Notes: a model not told the origin generated them from the sequence alone. Counted from the stretch's first letter, positions 1 through 9,795 are shown. The stretch: DNA of 64,000 bases from Anaerolineae bacterium (GCA_013360465.1 JABWBO010000006.1:5502-69501), one strand, 5' to 3'. Numbers and translations are program-made.

Positions 1-132
1 ATCGAAGACGCGCCGGAAGTAGATATAGCGGTTGGTCTCTTCTATCAGCCGGGGGCTGGCGGTGCCGAATGAGATTTCCCCCAAGCCGCGCCGCCGCCAG
101 ACCCACTCGGCGCGCCGGTCGAATTTACGCAT
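1..132 (-). CDS. Hypothetical protein, N-terminal fragment only (gene runs off the left edge)
   Basis: Absent from the ORF track because it is truncated. The reverse strand reads GAGGA-n7-ATG (ATG at 132), then MRKFDRRAEWVWRRRGLGEISFGTASPRLIEETNRYIYFRRVFD with no stop to position 1. It lies 27 nt downstream of the permease stop on the same strand, so it is probably part of the ABC operon. The W-x-W ... Y-x-F-R-R-x-F pattern recalls N-termini of some large glycoside hydrolases but is not diagnostic. Confidence 0.4.
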   Translation of the reverse strand, partial: MRKFDRRAEWVWRRRGLGEISFGTASPRLIEETNRYIYFRRVFD

Positions 133-159
133 AGAGTCATCCTCGTCGTCCAGCGAGCC

Positions 160-987
160 TCAGCCCTTGATGGCTCCGGCAGTCAGCCCGGCGATGAAAG
201 TACGCATGCTGACCAGGAACAGCAGCACCAGCGGGATCGAGCTGATCACCGACGCCGCCATGCCCTGCCCCGGTTCGGGAATGCCGCGCCCTAGATAGAA
301 GACCACCAGTTTAAGGGCAACCGTCTGAAGCTCCGGGTCGGAAAGCACCAGACTGGGCCAGATGTAGTCATTCCACAGCAGCCAGATCAGGAATACGCCG
401 ATAGCGCTCATGATTGGACGAGCCAGGGGCAGCCCCAGATGGAGGTACATCTGGAAGAAATTCGCCCCGTCGATCTGGGCGGATTCGAAAAGTTCTTTGG
501 AAAGGCTATAGAAGAAGGTATAGAAGACCAGGATGGCAAAGCTCTGGCTGGCGGCGTAGGGCAGGATGACCGCCCAGCGGGTGTTGAGCAGTCCGAGATC
601 GACGATCAGCATGAAGAGCGGGACGAGGATCACCGTCGAGGGGATCGCCAGCACCGCCAGCACGAAATAGAACAGCACCTTGCGCCCCGGAAAGCTGAAC
701 CGCGCCAGCGAAAAAGCGGTCAGCGAGGCGAACAGCAGGATCGCCGCCACGCCGACGCCGATGATCAGCGTGTTGTTGAAGTAGGTGGAAGACATGAACG
801 ACCACGCCACTTCGTAGTTGGCGAAGTTGAACGGCAGGGTCGGCAGAAGCGGCTGCTGCCCATACTGAAAGAAGTCCTTGCCGGAAATCGACAGCATGAC
901 GAAGACCGGGAAGAAGGTCGGCAGCGCAAACAGCAGCAGGATGAGGTGCAGCGGCAGGTCTCGGTTGAAAATCTTGAGTTTGGGCAC
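160..987 (-). CDS. Carbohydrate ABC transporter permease (MalG/CUT1 type)
   Basis: C-terminal 275 aa of ORF 160..1413. It has multiple TM helices and the EAA-type loop LFESAQIDGANFFQMYLHLGLPLARP. I trimmed the start to GTG at 987, preceded by AGGAGG, because the upstream in-frame extension is R/A/G/P-rich nonsense overlapping the neighbouring gene. Confidence 0.9.
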   Translation of the reverse strand: MPKLKIFNRDLPLHLILLLFALPTFFPVFVMLSISGKDFFQYGQQPLLPTLPFNFANYEVAWSFMSSTYFNNTLIIGVGVAAILLFASLTAFSLARFSFPGRKVLFYFVLAVLAIPSTVILVPLFMLIVDLGLLNTRWAVILPYAASQSFAILVFYTFFYSLSKELFESAQIDGANFFQMYLHLGLPLARPIMSAIGVFLIWLLWNDYIWPSLVLSDPELQTVALKLVVFYLGRGIPEPGQGMAASVISSIPLVLLFLVSMRTFIAGLTAGAIKG

Positions 988-1001
988 GCTCAGCCTCCTG
1001 T

Positions 1002-1946
1002 CTATATCACATCGTCGCGGGTTCGGGTCAGGCGAAGCTGAATCAGCGTGATGACCAGCACAATCAGGAAGAGGATCGTGCCAATTGCCGATCCATAACC
1101 CAGGTCGAAGTCGCGATTGATGGCGTAGTACATGCGCAGACCGGGGACCATCGTGGCGAAACCCGGTCCGCCGTTGGTCATGATCATCGGAAGTTCGAAG
1201 CTGCGCATCCAGTAGATCAAAGTGAGCAGCACCAGCAGGCGCATCTGTGGGCGAAGGAGCGGCAGCTCGATGCTGAGGAAGCGGCGAAGGCTGGTCGCGC
1301 CATCGACCACCGAGGCGTCCAGCACCTCCTGCGAGATGTCCTGTAAGCCGGCGTAGTAAATCAGGAAGTTGATGCCCGCCACCCAGGGAAAGTTGGTGAA
1401 CGCCAGCGCCCACATCACGACATCGCGGTCACCCAGCCAGCTGCGCGTCAGATCGCCCAGTCCGACGGCGCTCAGCAGGATGTTCAGCCCGCCGTCCGCC
1501 GAGTACATCCAGCGCCAGACCAGGATCGACGCCACCGCCGGGACAACAATCGGGATGACGAAGACGATGCGCCACCAGTACTGCGCCGACAGGTTCTTCA
1601 CCCGAAAGATCAGCGCCGCCACCAGAAGCGGCAGGCTGATGACGACGCCGACGTTGAAGACCGCCAGAAAGATCAAATTTCTGAAGGACTGGATCAGGCG
1701 AACATCATTGAACAGGCGCTCGTAGTTATCCAGCCCTACCCACTGCGCGCCGCGCACATCGACGTACTGGAAGGAAGTCAGAAAGCCGTTGATGGCAGGG
1801 TAGTAGAAGAAGACCAGCAGCATCACGACGGTGGGCAGCACCATCAGGTAGAGCGGCGCAAAATGGCGCAGCCGCGCCCAGTTGACGCCGCGCCGGCTGC
1901 CTGCCTTCGGAAGGATTCCAGAAATTGCGCTGTTTGAGGACATCAT
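1002..1946 (-). CDS. Sugar ABC transporter permease (MalF/UgpA type)
   Basis: 314 aa with six hydrophobic segments and the EAA loop EVLDASVVDGATSLRRFLSIELPLLRP. It lies between the SBP and the second permease on the same strand. Confidence 0.9.
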   Translation of the reverse strand: MMSSNSAISGILPKAGSRRGVNWARLRHFAPLYLMVLPTVVMLLVFFYYPAINGFLTSFQYVDVRGAQWVGLDNYERLFNDVRLIQSFRNLIFLAVFNVGVVISLPLLVAALIFRVKNLSAQYWWRIVFVIPIVVPAVASILVWRWMYSADGGLNILLSAVGLGDLTRSWLGDRDVVMWALAFTNFPWVAGINFLIYYAGLQDISQEVLDASVVDGATSLRRFLSIELPLLRPQMRLLVLLTLIYWMRSFELPMIMTNGGPGFATMVPGLRMYYAINRDFDLGYGSAIGTILFLIVLVITLIQLRLTRTRDDVI

Positions 1947-2046
1947 TCGCCCAAACGGTTATTTTGGACAGGATCATGAAGAGGATGCGGCTCAACCAAC
2001 CGCATCCTCAAGTCTTGCCGCTCACTTCAGCGAGCGCCTGGCAGCC

Positions 2047-3573
2047 TTATTCCCAGGAATCGGCATCCCATTCCGGATGCGCGCGAATCGCCCGTTCAAC
2101 GGCGTCGTCGAGCAGCGGCTGGAATTCCGCGAAGACCTCTTCAATGGTCATGCTGCCGCCCATGTATTCGACGAACAGCCGCGACCATTCGGCATCGATA
2201 GCGCGATCAAAGGTCGCCCAGTTCAGCGACGCCCCGCCGTTATCGAACGCGCCCGGCTCGAAGAAGCCGCGCATGCGCACGACCATCGCCGGGTCGGTGT
2301 ACACCTGATCGATAGGCGTCCCCGGTTCGTAGCAGGGGATCGGCTGCTGGCTGCACCATATGTCGAGCTGCGCCGGCGCGGTCACATACTGGATCAGGTC
2401 GCGCGCCATAGCGAATTTCTCTGGGCTGCGATCGGCGGTGGTCGTCGGGATGAAGAAATAGACGCTGCCGCTGCCCGCCTGCCCCAGGTTGCCGACGCGG
2501 CGCGGCAGGATGTCGTTGCCGAATTCACTGTCGGCGGCGGTGACCGGCGGCTGATAGAACGTGCCCCACTCGAACGTGATGTTCGGGTTTCTGGCGATCT
2601 GTCCCAGCCACAGGTTCATCGTATTGATGACGCCAACCTGACCCTGAGCGAACAGGTCCACATCCGGCGGGGGCGCCAGGAAGTCTTCCTGCCAGTACTG
2701 CGACCATTCCTTCATCAGCTCCCAGGTCTCCGCCAGGCGCGGGTCTTCCAGGGTCAGCTTGCCGGTCGCGATGCAGTAGACGACTTCCTTGTCGTTGAGC
2801 AGATTGAACGGCTCTTCGATGTCGCACTGTTCGATCACGTCCTCCATCAACTGCTCGCGGATGGTCCATTCCGACCAGTTCCAGACCCAGCCCAGCGGTC
2901 CCGCTGTCGGCATCAGGAAGGGGGTATAGCCCGCATCCTTCAGCTTCTGCTGAACCTCCAGGAATTCACCCCAGGTCTGCGGCGGCTCGACGCCCACTTC
3001 GTCGAACATCGTCTTGTTGTAGGCGTAGGTGGTCACGCCAGAATCGCCGGAAAGCGTGAAGCCGATCACGCGGTTGCCGCCGTCGGACGACACGGTCTGG
3101 TTCAGCACCAGCCCATCCAGTGGGAAATCCTCAAGCCAGGTGGCGTTGTCGCTGTAAGGATTCGCCTGCTGCAGGTCATCGCCGAAGTTGTACAGCAGAT
3201 CGGCGGCGTTGTAGACATCGGGACCAGGGAAGTAGATCATCACCGCGTCGGGCAGCGTGCCCGCCAGCAGGTTGGTGTTGATCCAGGTGAAGCGTTCCGA
3301 GACGTTCGTCCCGCCGATGTAGTCGTACTTCAGTTCGACGTTCGGGTACATCGCCTGCCACTGCTGGAACAGGTTGTGGACGACGGTGACATCCGGGCGG
3401 TCGGGAGCCTGGTCGATCTGCCCCCAGACGGCGACGCGCAGCTCGCCGGCGAAATCCGCCCCGTGCGCCGGGGTGTCCTGGGACGACACGCCTGCCACTG
3501 AAAGCGTCAGCGACAGAGCCAGGATGCAGAGCAGCAAAAAGAGTTTCGGGGATAGCAGGTGCAGCTTTCTCAT
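2047..3573 (-). CDS. Extracellular solute-binding protein of a sugar ABC importer
   Basis: 508 aa with an N-terminal signal peptide MRKLHLLSPKLFLLLCILALSLTLSVAG. It is the first gene of the SBP-permease-permease string. GAGGAG lies 7 nt upstream of the ATG. Confidence 0.9.
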   Translation of the reverse strand: MRKLHLLSPKLFLLLCILALSLTLSVAGVSSQDTPAHGADFAGELRVAVWGQIDQAPDRPDVTVVHNLFQQWQAMYPNVELKYDYIGGTNVSERFTWINTNLLAGTLPDAVMIYFPGPDVYNAADLLYNFGDDLQQANPYSDNATWLEDFPLDGLVLNQTVSSDGGNRVIGFTLSGDSGVTTYAYNKTMFDEVGVEPPQTWGEFLEVQQKLKDAGYTPFLMPTAGPLGWVWNWSEWTIREQLMEDVIEQCDIEEPFNLLNDKEVVYCIATGKLTLEDPRLAETWELMKEWSQYWQEDFLAPPPDVDLFAQGQVGVINTMNLWLGQIARNPNITFEWGTFYQPPVTAADSEFGNDILPRRVGNLGQAGSGSVYFFIPTTTADRSPEKFAMARDLIQYVTAPAQLDIWCSQQPIPCYEPGTPIDQVYTDPAMVVRMRGFFEPGAFDNGGASLNWATFDRAIDAEWSRLFVEYMGGSMTIEEVFAEFQPLLDDAVERAIRAHPEWDADSWE

Positions 3574-3755
3574 TTTGATTTCTCCTCAAGGGTTTTCCAG
3601 GGGCAGCAGTTGACGTGCAGCAGAACTCGAATACGTCGATCCCTTCTTCGCGAAACCGCGACACCCTTCGAACAGCGCAGCAGGGTCAAACTTTTCTTGA
3701 AGTGTACGCCACGAATTTACCTGTTGTCAACGATTCTTGGAAAAACGAAGGCTCA

Positions 3756-3784
3756 TTGACACTGAAAAGAAATCTCAATACAAT
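3756..3784 (+). promoter_or_regulatory. Candidate sigma-70-type promoter for the DeoR gene
   Basis: TTGACA (3756-3761), 17 nt spacer, TACAAT (3779-3784), inside the only AT-rich stretch of the 359 bp divergent spacer. Followed by the inverted repeat ATGAAAGTT (3799-3807) / AACTTTCAT (3832-3840). Confidence 0.35.
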
Positions 3785-3932
3785 AAATTAACTTACGAAT
3801 GAAAGTTTTTGTTTGTTTTTGGCTTTTTTGGAACTTTCATATTGAAAGGACAGCGTGAATCAGCCGCGCCCGATGTATGATTCTGTGAGCAGCTCCACGA
3901 TGTCGTAAGCGTGCGAAAGGCAGCATTTCCAC

Positions 3933-4733
3933 ATGGCTGTATACATCAGGCTGATGAATCAGCGCCGGGAACAGATCGTCAACATCCTCAGCGAGCGGGA
4001 ACGAGTCACCGTGAATGAGCTGAGCGAAATGCTGAACGTATCTTCGGTCACGGTGCGCGGCGATCTGAACTTCCTCGCCGAAGAGGGGCGGGTCGTGCGC
4101 GTTCACGGCGGCGCGGCGCTCGCCAAGCCGAGCATGAGGCAGGAGATGACCTTTGCCTCGCGCCAGCGTCATCGGGCGGCAGAAAAACATGCCGTAGCGC
4201 GGCTGGCGGCGACTCTGGTCAAACCCATCGATTCTATCCTGCTGGATTCCAGCACGACGGCGCTGGCGGTCGGTCAGGCGGTCAAGGCATCGCCGACGAT
4301 CAGCAACGTCACAGTGCTGACCACCGGCTTATGGACGGCGGTCGCCATCATGGATTCGCCGAACATCCACACCATCATGGCGGGGGGCAGCCTGGGCAGC
4401 ACCTCAGGATCGGTCAGCGGACCGATCACCCGCGAGATGCTGGGGCGCTACAACATCAACAAGGCATTCGTCGGCGCGCTGGGGCTGACCCTGGAAGATG
4501 GGCTAAGCGGCAACGATCCGCTGGAGATCGAACTGCGGCAGTACATCGTCGAAAACGCCAAAGAGGTCATCGCTGTAGTCGATGGCAGCAAGTTCGGGCA
4601 GACCGGGCTTGCCTCTTTCGCCCGCATCGAGCAGCTGGATTACGTCGTCACTGAAAGCAGCGCGCCGGCGGAGATGGTCGAGGCGCTGCGCGAGCGCGGT
4701 GTGCAGGTCATGGTGGCAGCGGTCGAGCCCTGA
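3933..4733 (+). CDS. DeoR/GlpR family transcriptional regulator
   Basis: 266 aa. The N-terminal HTH region RREQIVNILSERERVTVNELSEMLNVSSVTVRGDLNFLAEEGRVVRVHGGA and the C-terminal DeoR-C sugar-phosphate sensor region are typical of the family. It is divergent from the ABC operon. Confidence 0.9.
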   Translation: MAVYIRLMNQRREQIVNILSERERVTVNELSEMLNVSSVTVRGDLNFLAEEGRVVRVHGGAALAKPSMRQEMTFASRQRHRAAEKHAVARLAATLVKPIDSILLDSSTTALAVGQAVKASPTISNVTVLTTGLWTAVAIMDSPNIHTIMAGGSLGSTSGSVSGPITREMLGRYNINKAFVGALGLTLEDGLSGNDPLEIELRQYIVENAKEVIAVVDGSKFGQTGLASFARIEQLDYVVTESSAPAEMVEALRERGVQVMVAAVEP

Positions 4734-4810
4734 ACGCAGCGCCGATCCCATCCACGACCTGGCTCCGTCTCGGCTTACATACTTTTTGGGGCAGAAACGG
4801 AGTTTAGAGC

Positions 4811-5629
4811 ATGGACGGCAGTATTCTGAGGGTGCAGTCCGACGGTCTCGAACTGGTCGCGGAGAGCATCGGAAGCGGTCCGCCGATCATCGCGGCGCAC
4901 GGCTTGTCGGGCAACCGTACGATCACCCAGCGCCAGATTTTCGCCCTCGCCGAACGCTACCAGGTCATCGTCTATGACCAGCGCGGTCATCACGATTCGA
5001 CGCCGATCACCAACCCCAGCCTGTACAACCCCGACCGCATGGCGGAAGACATGCGCGCCGTGATGGACGCCTACGGTATCGAAAAGGCGATTGTTCAGGG
5101 CGAATCGATGGGCGCGGCGACGACCCTGCTCTTCACGCTCAAATACCCGCATCGGGTCAGCGCCCTGCTGCTGACCGGTCCGGCATTCAGCGATGTTCCG
5201 AACCCGGAAATCCCCTCGCTGCACATGATGGCGATGGAGATTCAGCAGTATGGGCTGGAGGAATATCTGCGGCTTTCGGCGCAGCGTATGCGCGAGAATT
5301 GGGGCGCTTCGGAAGAAGTTATCGAGGCGGTGCGCGAAATGCAAAGCTCGCACCAGGAACAAAGCCTGATCACGGCACTGGATACCGTCAAGGATTGGGT
5401 GATCTTCGACGATCTGGCGGAGATCGCACAGCTCACCATGCCGATCTGCATCATCGCCTGGCCCGCCGATCCCCTGCATCCCATCGAACTGGCGCACCGC
5501 ATGACGGCGTATCTGCCGCAGGCGAAGCTGGCGACGGTCCCTTCGGTGGCGAGCGTCTTCCTCAACGGCGGCGCACTGATTGGCGAGATCTACGCGCACT
5601 TCCTGGGGGAAATGACGCCCCACCCTTGA
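4811..5629 (+). CDS. Alpha/beta hydrolase fold protein
   Basis: 272 aa. It has an HG oxyanion motif (IIAAHGLSGN), the nucleophile elbow GESMG, and a C-terminal His region. Confidence 0.85.
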   Translation: MDGSILRVQSDGLELVAESIGSGPPIIAAHGLSGNRTITQRQIFALAERYQVIVYDQRGHHDSTPITNPSLYNPDRMAEDMRAVMDAYGIEKAIVQGESMGAATTLLFTLKYPHRVSALLLTGPAFSDVPNPEIPSLHMMAMEIQQYGLEEYLRLSAQRMRENWGASEEVIEAVREMQSSHQEQSLITALDTVKDWVIFDDLAEIAQLTMPICIIAWPADPLHPIELAHRMTAYLPQAKLATVPSVASVFLNGGALIGEIYAHFLGEMTPHP

Positions 5630-5632
5630 CCA

Positions 5633-5660
5633 CATCGGGCTGGGCGGCTCCAGCCCGATG
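5633..5660. terminator. Hairpin between convergent genes
   Basis: CATCGGGCTGG (5633-5643), 6 nt loop, CCAGCCCGATG (5650-5660). It lies 4 nt after the hydrolase stop and 23 nt from the stop of the convergent gene. Confidence 0.5.
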
Positions 5661-5682
5661 CCTTCTCATTCGTCAAACCGTG

Positions 5683-6804
5683 TCACGAACCCGGCACGCC
5701 GATCGGCGCGACCGGCGGGGATGCGCCGGGAGTCAGAACCCAGTTCGGGTCGGCGGTCGGCGCCGAGAGCGCCGCGCAGGAGGCTTCGGCAGCAGCATAT
5801 TTGCCGTTGGCGGAACCGGAGCCGAACACCCCCATCGCCCGCTGGTATTCGGACATCGCCGCGCAGGGGTTGCCCTGCCCGACATAGGCGTCGCCGCGCC
5901 GGATGTAGGCATCGTAGAGGAGCTGCTGGGCTTCGGTGTAGTAGCGCCCGCCCGCGCCCAGACCGAGCAGCTCGTTGAGCGCATTGACGGCGGTCTGACT
6001 GCCGGTGCTGACTCCCGCCCGCGCCGTCAGATACAGCTCGGCGGCGTAGCGCTCGAAGCTCAGCCCTTCCGCCAGCGTGCCGAACTCCTCCGCGCGAGCG
6101 ACGATCAGGTTGGCGGCGGCGGGCTGCCCGGAATTGTAGAGTTCGCGGGCGAAGTTGTTGAGCGACTGCGACATCAGCGTGCGCACCTGCCCGGACTGAT
6201 ACGTAGGATCGACGGCGAGGATCACATCCAGCAGTTCGATGGCATCCTCCCACTGCGAGGAGGTGATCGCCGCCTGCGCCTGCCCCATGATCGCCGCCAG
6301 ATCGTAACTGCCGCCCGCCGGGGTCGGCAGGACGGTCTGTTCACCAGCTTCGAGGGTGGCACTAGGGAGCGCGGTCGGCGATGGCGTGAAGGTCGCCGTC
6401 GGCAGGCTGTTGAAGTACAGCGCGGTCCCCGTCGCCATGATGTCCTGAAGACCGGCGACGGCGGGCGTCTGAGTCGCCAGCCAGCGGATGCGGGCGTCCA
6501 GCACGATCAAATTGACGCCGGCGACATCGCCGGGAATCTCGTCCAACTGCGCCCGAACAGCGCTCTCGCGCGTGGCGGCGATCACCCTGCTGCCTTCGCG
6601 CTGCCCGTTCGTCCAGCCGGCGAGTCCGGCGAGGGCGACGATGGCGAGGGCGAACAGCAGCAGGATGCCGCCGACGACGATCTGAACAAAGCAACCGCGT
6701 CCGCGTCCGTCCGCCTCCGGGTCGATGGTCGGCGTGAGCGGCGCTTCACCGGCAAAGGGATTCACCGGGCGGATCGGCTGGGTATCGCTGAGGTTATCGG
6801 TCAC
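5683..6804 (-). CDS. Membrane-anchored hypothetical protein with a TPR-like helical C-terminal region
   Basis: 373 aa with a single TM segment FVQIVVGGILLLFALAIVALAGLAGW after a Pro-rich N-terminus. The C-terminal half is made of repeated amphipathic helices (WEDAIELLDVILAVDPTY, GDAYVGQGNPCAAMSEYQRAM). Confidence 0.7.
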   Translation of the reverse strand: MTDNLSDTQPIRPVNPFAGEAPLTPTIDPEADGRGRGCFVQIVVGGILLLFALAIVALAGLAGWTNGQREGSRVIAATRESAVRAQLDEIPGDVAGVNLIVLDARIRWLATQTPAVAGLQDIMATGTALYFNSLPTATFTPSPTALPSATLEAGEQTVLPTPAGGSYDLAAIMGQAQAAITSSQWEDAIELLDVILAVDPTYQSGQVRTLMSQSLNNFARELYNSGQPAAANLIVARAEEFGTLAEGLSFERYAAELYLTARAGVSTGSQTAVNALNELLGLGAGGRYYTEAQQLLYDAYIRRGDAYVGQGNPCAAMSEYQRAMGVFGSGSANGKYAAAEASCAALSAPTADPNWVLTPGASPPVAPIGVPGS

Positions 6805-6895
6805 TGTCTGCGTTCCGTCGTGCCAAAAACACCGCTGGATTATACGGATCGGGTGGAAGCGTGTACAGCGACGGATACCCTACGCTGTGCGCTGC

Positions 6896-8026
6896 TCAGG
6901 ACTCGGCGCGATACGAGTAGGCGATCTCCGCCGCCTCGCCCGCCGGGAGCGTCAAATGCCAGCGCAGCCGATTGCCCGGTTCGAAGCCGGCTTCGCCGGA
7001 AAACGCGAAGCCGCCGGCGGTCATGGCGTAGAAATCGACCACCTCGACTTCCAGATCCTCCTGGCTGAAACTGGTCAGCGTCAGCGTGATCTCGTGCAGG
7101 GTGTCCTGTTCGAAGAGCCACTCGCTGTGATAGGTGGTGGTCTCGACGCGGTTGACGCGCACATCCTGCACCCCGCCGACGGTCACGCTGCCCTCGCTGC
7201 CAACCGGGGTGAATTCGATGAAGTCGCTGCCGACGAACAGCCCATCCTGGTAAGAACGGACGATCCCTTCTGCCAGGGGTACGGCGGAGGCGTTTTCCAC
7301 TTTGTAGATAACGGTGATCTGGCGCTCGTCGCGCGCGTTCCACAGCAGCAGGCGGCGCGCCGGCAGGTTTCCCCCGAACAGCTGCGTGTACAGGGTTTCT
7401 CCCGGCTGCGCCGTGACGGCGTCGGTCAGTGGATAGATGTACTGGATGGTCACCGCCCCCTGTGCCAGCGCGGCGGTCCCGCTCTCCTGGTAGCCGGCGA
7501 TGTACTGATTCATGGTGACGGTCGAGAGCGAGTCGATCTGCTGGCTGATGCTGACGTTCCCCGCCGCCAGGGTCACGGCGACATCTTCCAGCGCCAGCGA
7601 GTCATTCTGGACTTCGGCGAAGAAGTTGAAGGCGACGTTCGCCGGGTCGGCTTCGCCAAATGCCATGTCATAGACCGGCTTCCAGCGGATTCCGGCGGTC
7701 AGATATTCCAGGGTGATATCGCGCAGTTCGGCGTCGGCGGCTTCCAGCAGCAGCAGGATATCGCCGCCCGAATGGTTGATGCGATACTGCCCCAGGCGCT
7801 CTCCGCCGTCCTGCACCAGCAGCGTATCCTGGAAGATCTGCGGCGGCAGCAAGATGCGGGCTTCGGCGCCGCCGGGGATGCGCAAGGTGTCGCGCACATA
7901 GGCGACATCGTTCAGGAAGATGACGAGTTCATCAGGCTGGCTGACATAGTGAACCTGATCGGCGGAAGCGGGCAGGGCGCCAGTGAGCAGCAAGAGCGCC
8001 AGAGTCACAAGAACAGGGGTCTTCAT
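6896..8026 (-). CDS. Exported DUF4139-like protein
   Basis: Start trimmed to the ATG at 8026, preceded by GGAGGA. Signal peptide MKTPVLVTLALLLLTGALPASA. The segment GIRWKPVYDMAF...FNFFAEVQNDSLALEDVAVTLAAG resembles, by eye, the DUF4139 core pattern. Confidence 0.65.
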   Translation of the reverse strand: MKTPVLVTLALLLLTGALPASADQVHYVSQPDELVIFLNDVAYVRDTLRIPGGAEARILLPPQIFQDTLLVQDGGERLGQYRINHSGGDILLLLEAADAELRDITLEYLTAGIRWKPVYDMAFGEADPANVAFNFFAEVQNDSLALEDVAVTLAAGNVSISQQIDSLSTVTMNQYIAGYQESGTAALAQGAVTIQYIYPLTDAVTAQPGETLYTQLFGGNLPARRLLLWNARDERQITVIYKVENASAVPLAEGIVRSYQDGLFVGSDFIEFTPVGSEGSVTVGGVQDVRVNRVETTTYHSEWLFEQDTLHEITLTLTSFSQEDLEVEVVDFYAMTAGGFAFSGEAGFEPGNRLRWHLTLPAGEAAEIAYSYRAES

Positions 8027-8107
8027 CCGTTCCTCCAGTCGTGGCTGACGACCGACACATGTCTTCATGTGCATTCATTGTATAGCCTTTTCCTGAAGCC
8101 GTCAGCC

Positions 8108-8144
8108 CAGGCGCACGGCGGCGGCAGGTTGCGCCGTGCGCCTG
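8108..8144. promoter_or_regulatory. Perfect 13 bp inverted repeat in a divergent control region
   Basis: CAGGCGCACGGCG (8108-8120), 11 nt, CGCCGTGCGCCTG (8132-8144). It lies between the starts of the DUF4139 gene (8026, -) and the GH51 gene (8241, +). Confidence 0.4.
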
Positions 8145-8240
8145 CAGGAGTCACACTGTCCGCCATCAGACTGCCGTCGGCGGCACAGCAAAGGCTCACT
8201 GCCACGCCCGACGAATGACCACCACGAAGGAAATCAGAAG

Positions 8241-9737
8241 ATGATCGAGACCAGCCTTGTCGTCCGAACGGAGAGTCCAATCGGGACGATTTCGCCGCGC
8301 CTCTACGGGCACTTTGCCGAACACCTGGGGCGCTGCTGCTACGACGGTCTGTGGGTGGGGACGGGCGACATCGACCTGCCGCGCTACGGCGGTTTTCGCA
8401 AAGATGTGGTCGATGCGCTGAAAGCCATGCCCGTGCCGCTGCTGCGCTGGCCCGGCGGCTGTTATGCCGATCACTACCACTGGCGCGACGGCATCGGCGC
8501 GCCGCACGAGCGAGCGCGCCGGCTCGGCATGTCGTGCGGCTTGCAGGTCGAAGACGAGAACAGCCTGGGCACGCACGAGTTTATCGCCCTGTGCCGCCTG
8601 CTCGGCGCAGAGCCGTATCTGGCGGGCAATGTCGGCAGCGGGTCGCCGCAGGAATTGTGCGATTGGGTCGAATACTGCAATACCGCCGTGCATACGTCCT
8701 TGCAGCGCGAGCGCGCCGCCAACGGATCGTCGGAACCGTTCGGCGTCCGGCTGTGGGGCGTGGGCAACGAGAACTGGGGCTGCGGCGGCAGCTACGACGC
8801 CGAAACCTATGCCCGCGAGTACCGCCGCTATGCCACCATGCTGCGCCACGTCGATCCGAAAGCGGAACTGGTCGCCTGCGGTCACGATGACGCCTGGAAT
8901 GAGCAGTTCATGGACACGAACCGGCGTCACATGCCGCTGATGGATCATTTCTCGATCCATCGCTACTGGATCAGCGGCGGCAAAGAGCTTGACTTCGACG
9001 ACGATCACTACTACGGGCTGCTGGCGGAAGCCGATGCCACAGAAGACTTCGTGCGCCGCACTGCCGATCTAATTTACGCCGTGCTGGGAAGCGCCACGCA
9101 CAGAGTCGGAATCGCGCTGGACGAGTGGGGCGTGTGGCATCCGGAAGCGCGCTCCTGGGGACCGGATGGCGCAGAACTGCACCGCGAACCGACCACCTAC
9201 GAGCAGGCGGGCACACTCCGCGACGCGCTGGCGGCAGGGGTGGCGTTCGAGGGATTCCACCGGCAGTGCGGCATCCTGTCGATGGCGAACCTGGCGCAGA
9301 TCGTCAACGTGCTGCACGCCCCGGTGATGACCGAGGGCGCGGCGATGTGGGTGACGCCGACCTACTACGCTTTCCAACTGCATGTGCCGCACATCGGTGC
9401 GCAAGCGCTCCCTGTCGAGGTGCTGCACGGCGCGTCTGTTCCGGGCAGCGCGAACGCGGTGAGCGGCACGGCGTCGGTCCAGGCGGGAGAAACGGCGGTC
9501 ACGCTGATCAACCGGCATCTCGACCAGCCGGCGTTGGTGGCGCTTCAGGTCGCCGGTTCGAGGCAGGTCATCGAGGCGAAAATTCTCACCGCCGCCTCGC
9601 CGCGCGACTGCAACAGCGCCCAGGAGCCGGACCGTGTCACGCTGGCGGCGCTGAGCGTCGGCGAGGATGGACAGGGAAACTGGCGGGTCGAACTCCCGCC
9701 GCACGCGATGGCGACGATCCGTTTCGGGTCGGGATAG
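8241..9737 (+). CDS. abfA: Alpha-L-arabinofuranosidase, GH51
   Basis: Start trimmed to ATG 8241 (MIETSLVV...). Family-typical segments are ISPRLYGHFAEHLGRCCYDGLWVG, LRWPGGCYADHYHWRDGIG and WGVGNENWGCGG (acid/base NE). There is no signal peptide. Confidence 0.88.
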   Translation: MIETSLVVRTESPIGTISPRLYGHFAEHLGRCCYDGLWVGTGDIDLPRYGGFRKDVVDALKAMPVPLLRWPGGCYADHYHWRDGIGAPHERARRLGMSCGLQVEDENSLGTHEFIALCRLLGAEPYLAGNVGSGSPQELCDWVEYCNTAVHTSLQRERAANGSSEPFGVRLWGVGNENWGCGGSYDAETYAREYRRYATMLRHVDPKAELVACGHDDAWNEQFMDTNRRHMPLMDHFSIHRYWISGGKELDFDDDHYYGLLAEADATEDFVRRTADLIYAVLGSATHRVGIALDEWGVWHPEARSWGPDGAELHREPTTYEQAGTLRDALAAGVAFEGFHRQCGILSMANLAQIVNVLHAPVMTEGAAMWVTPTYYAFQLHVPHIGAQALPVEVLHGASVPGSANAVSGTASVQAGETAVTLINRHLDQPALVALQVAGSRQVIEAKILTAASPRDCNSAQEPDRVTLAALSVGEDGQGNWRVELPPHAMATIRFGSG

Positions 9738-9744
9738 CAGCGAA

Positions 9745-9795
9745 GGTCCCTCACCTCGCGCGCTGCACTCATTGCAGGGGTGAGGGACTCTTTTT
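9745..9795. terminator. Bidirectional intrinsic terminator
   Basis: GGTCCCTCACC (9745-9755) pairs with GGTGAGGGAC (9779-9788) and is followed by TCTTTTT. It sits between the convergent abfA and uxaE genes. The loop is rather long at about 23 nt. Confidence 0.65.

Noticed and set aside
988-1413. N-terminal 142-codon extension of the permease ORF 160..1413
   Set aside because: The extension overlaps the upstream permease gene and translates to an R/P/G/H-rich sequence. A GTG with an AGGAGG RBS at 987 gives a normal-length MalG-type permease.
1882-3501. 539 aa ORF on the plus strand
   Set aside because: It is entirely antisense to the well-supported solute-binding protein gene (2047-3573). The product is R/A/G/P/H-rich with no motifs, which is typical of a GC-driven shadow ORF.
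5299-7068. 589 aa ORF on the plus strand (also 6725..8218 and 6840..7343)
   Set aside because: They overlap the hydrolase 3' end and are antisense to the membrane TPR-like and DUF4139 genes. The sequence is extremely Arg-rich, so I consider them non-coding shadows.
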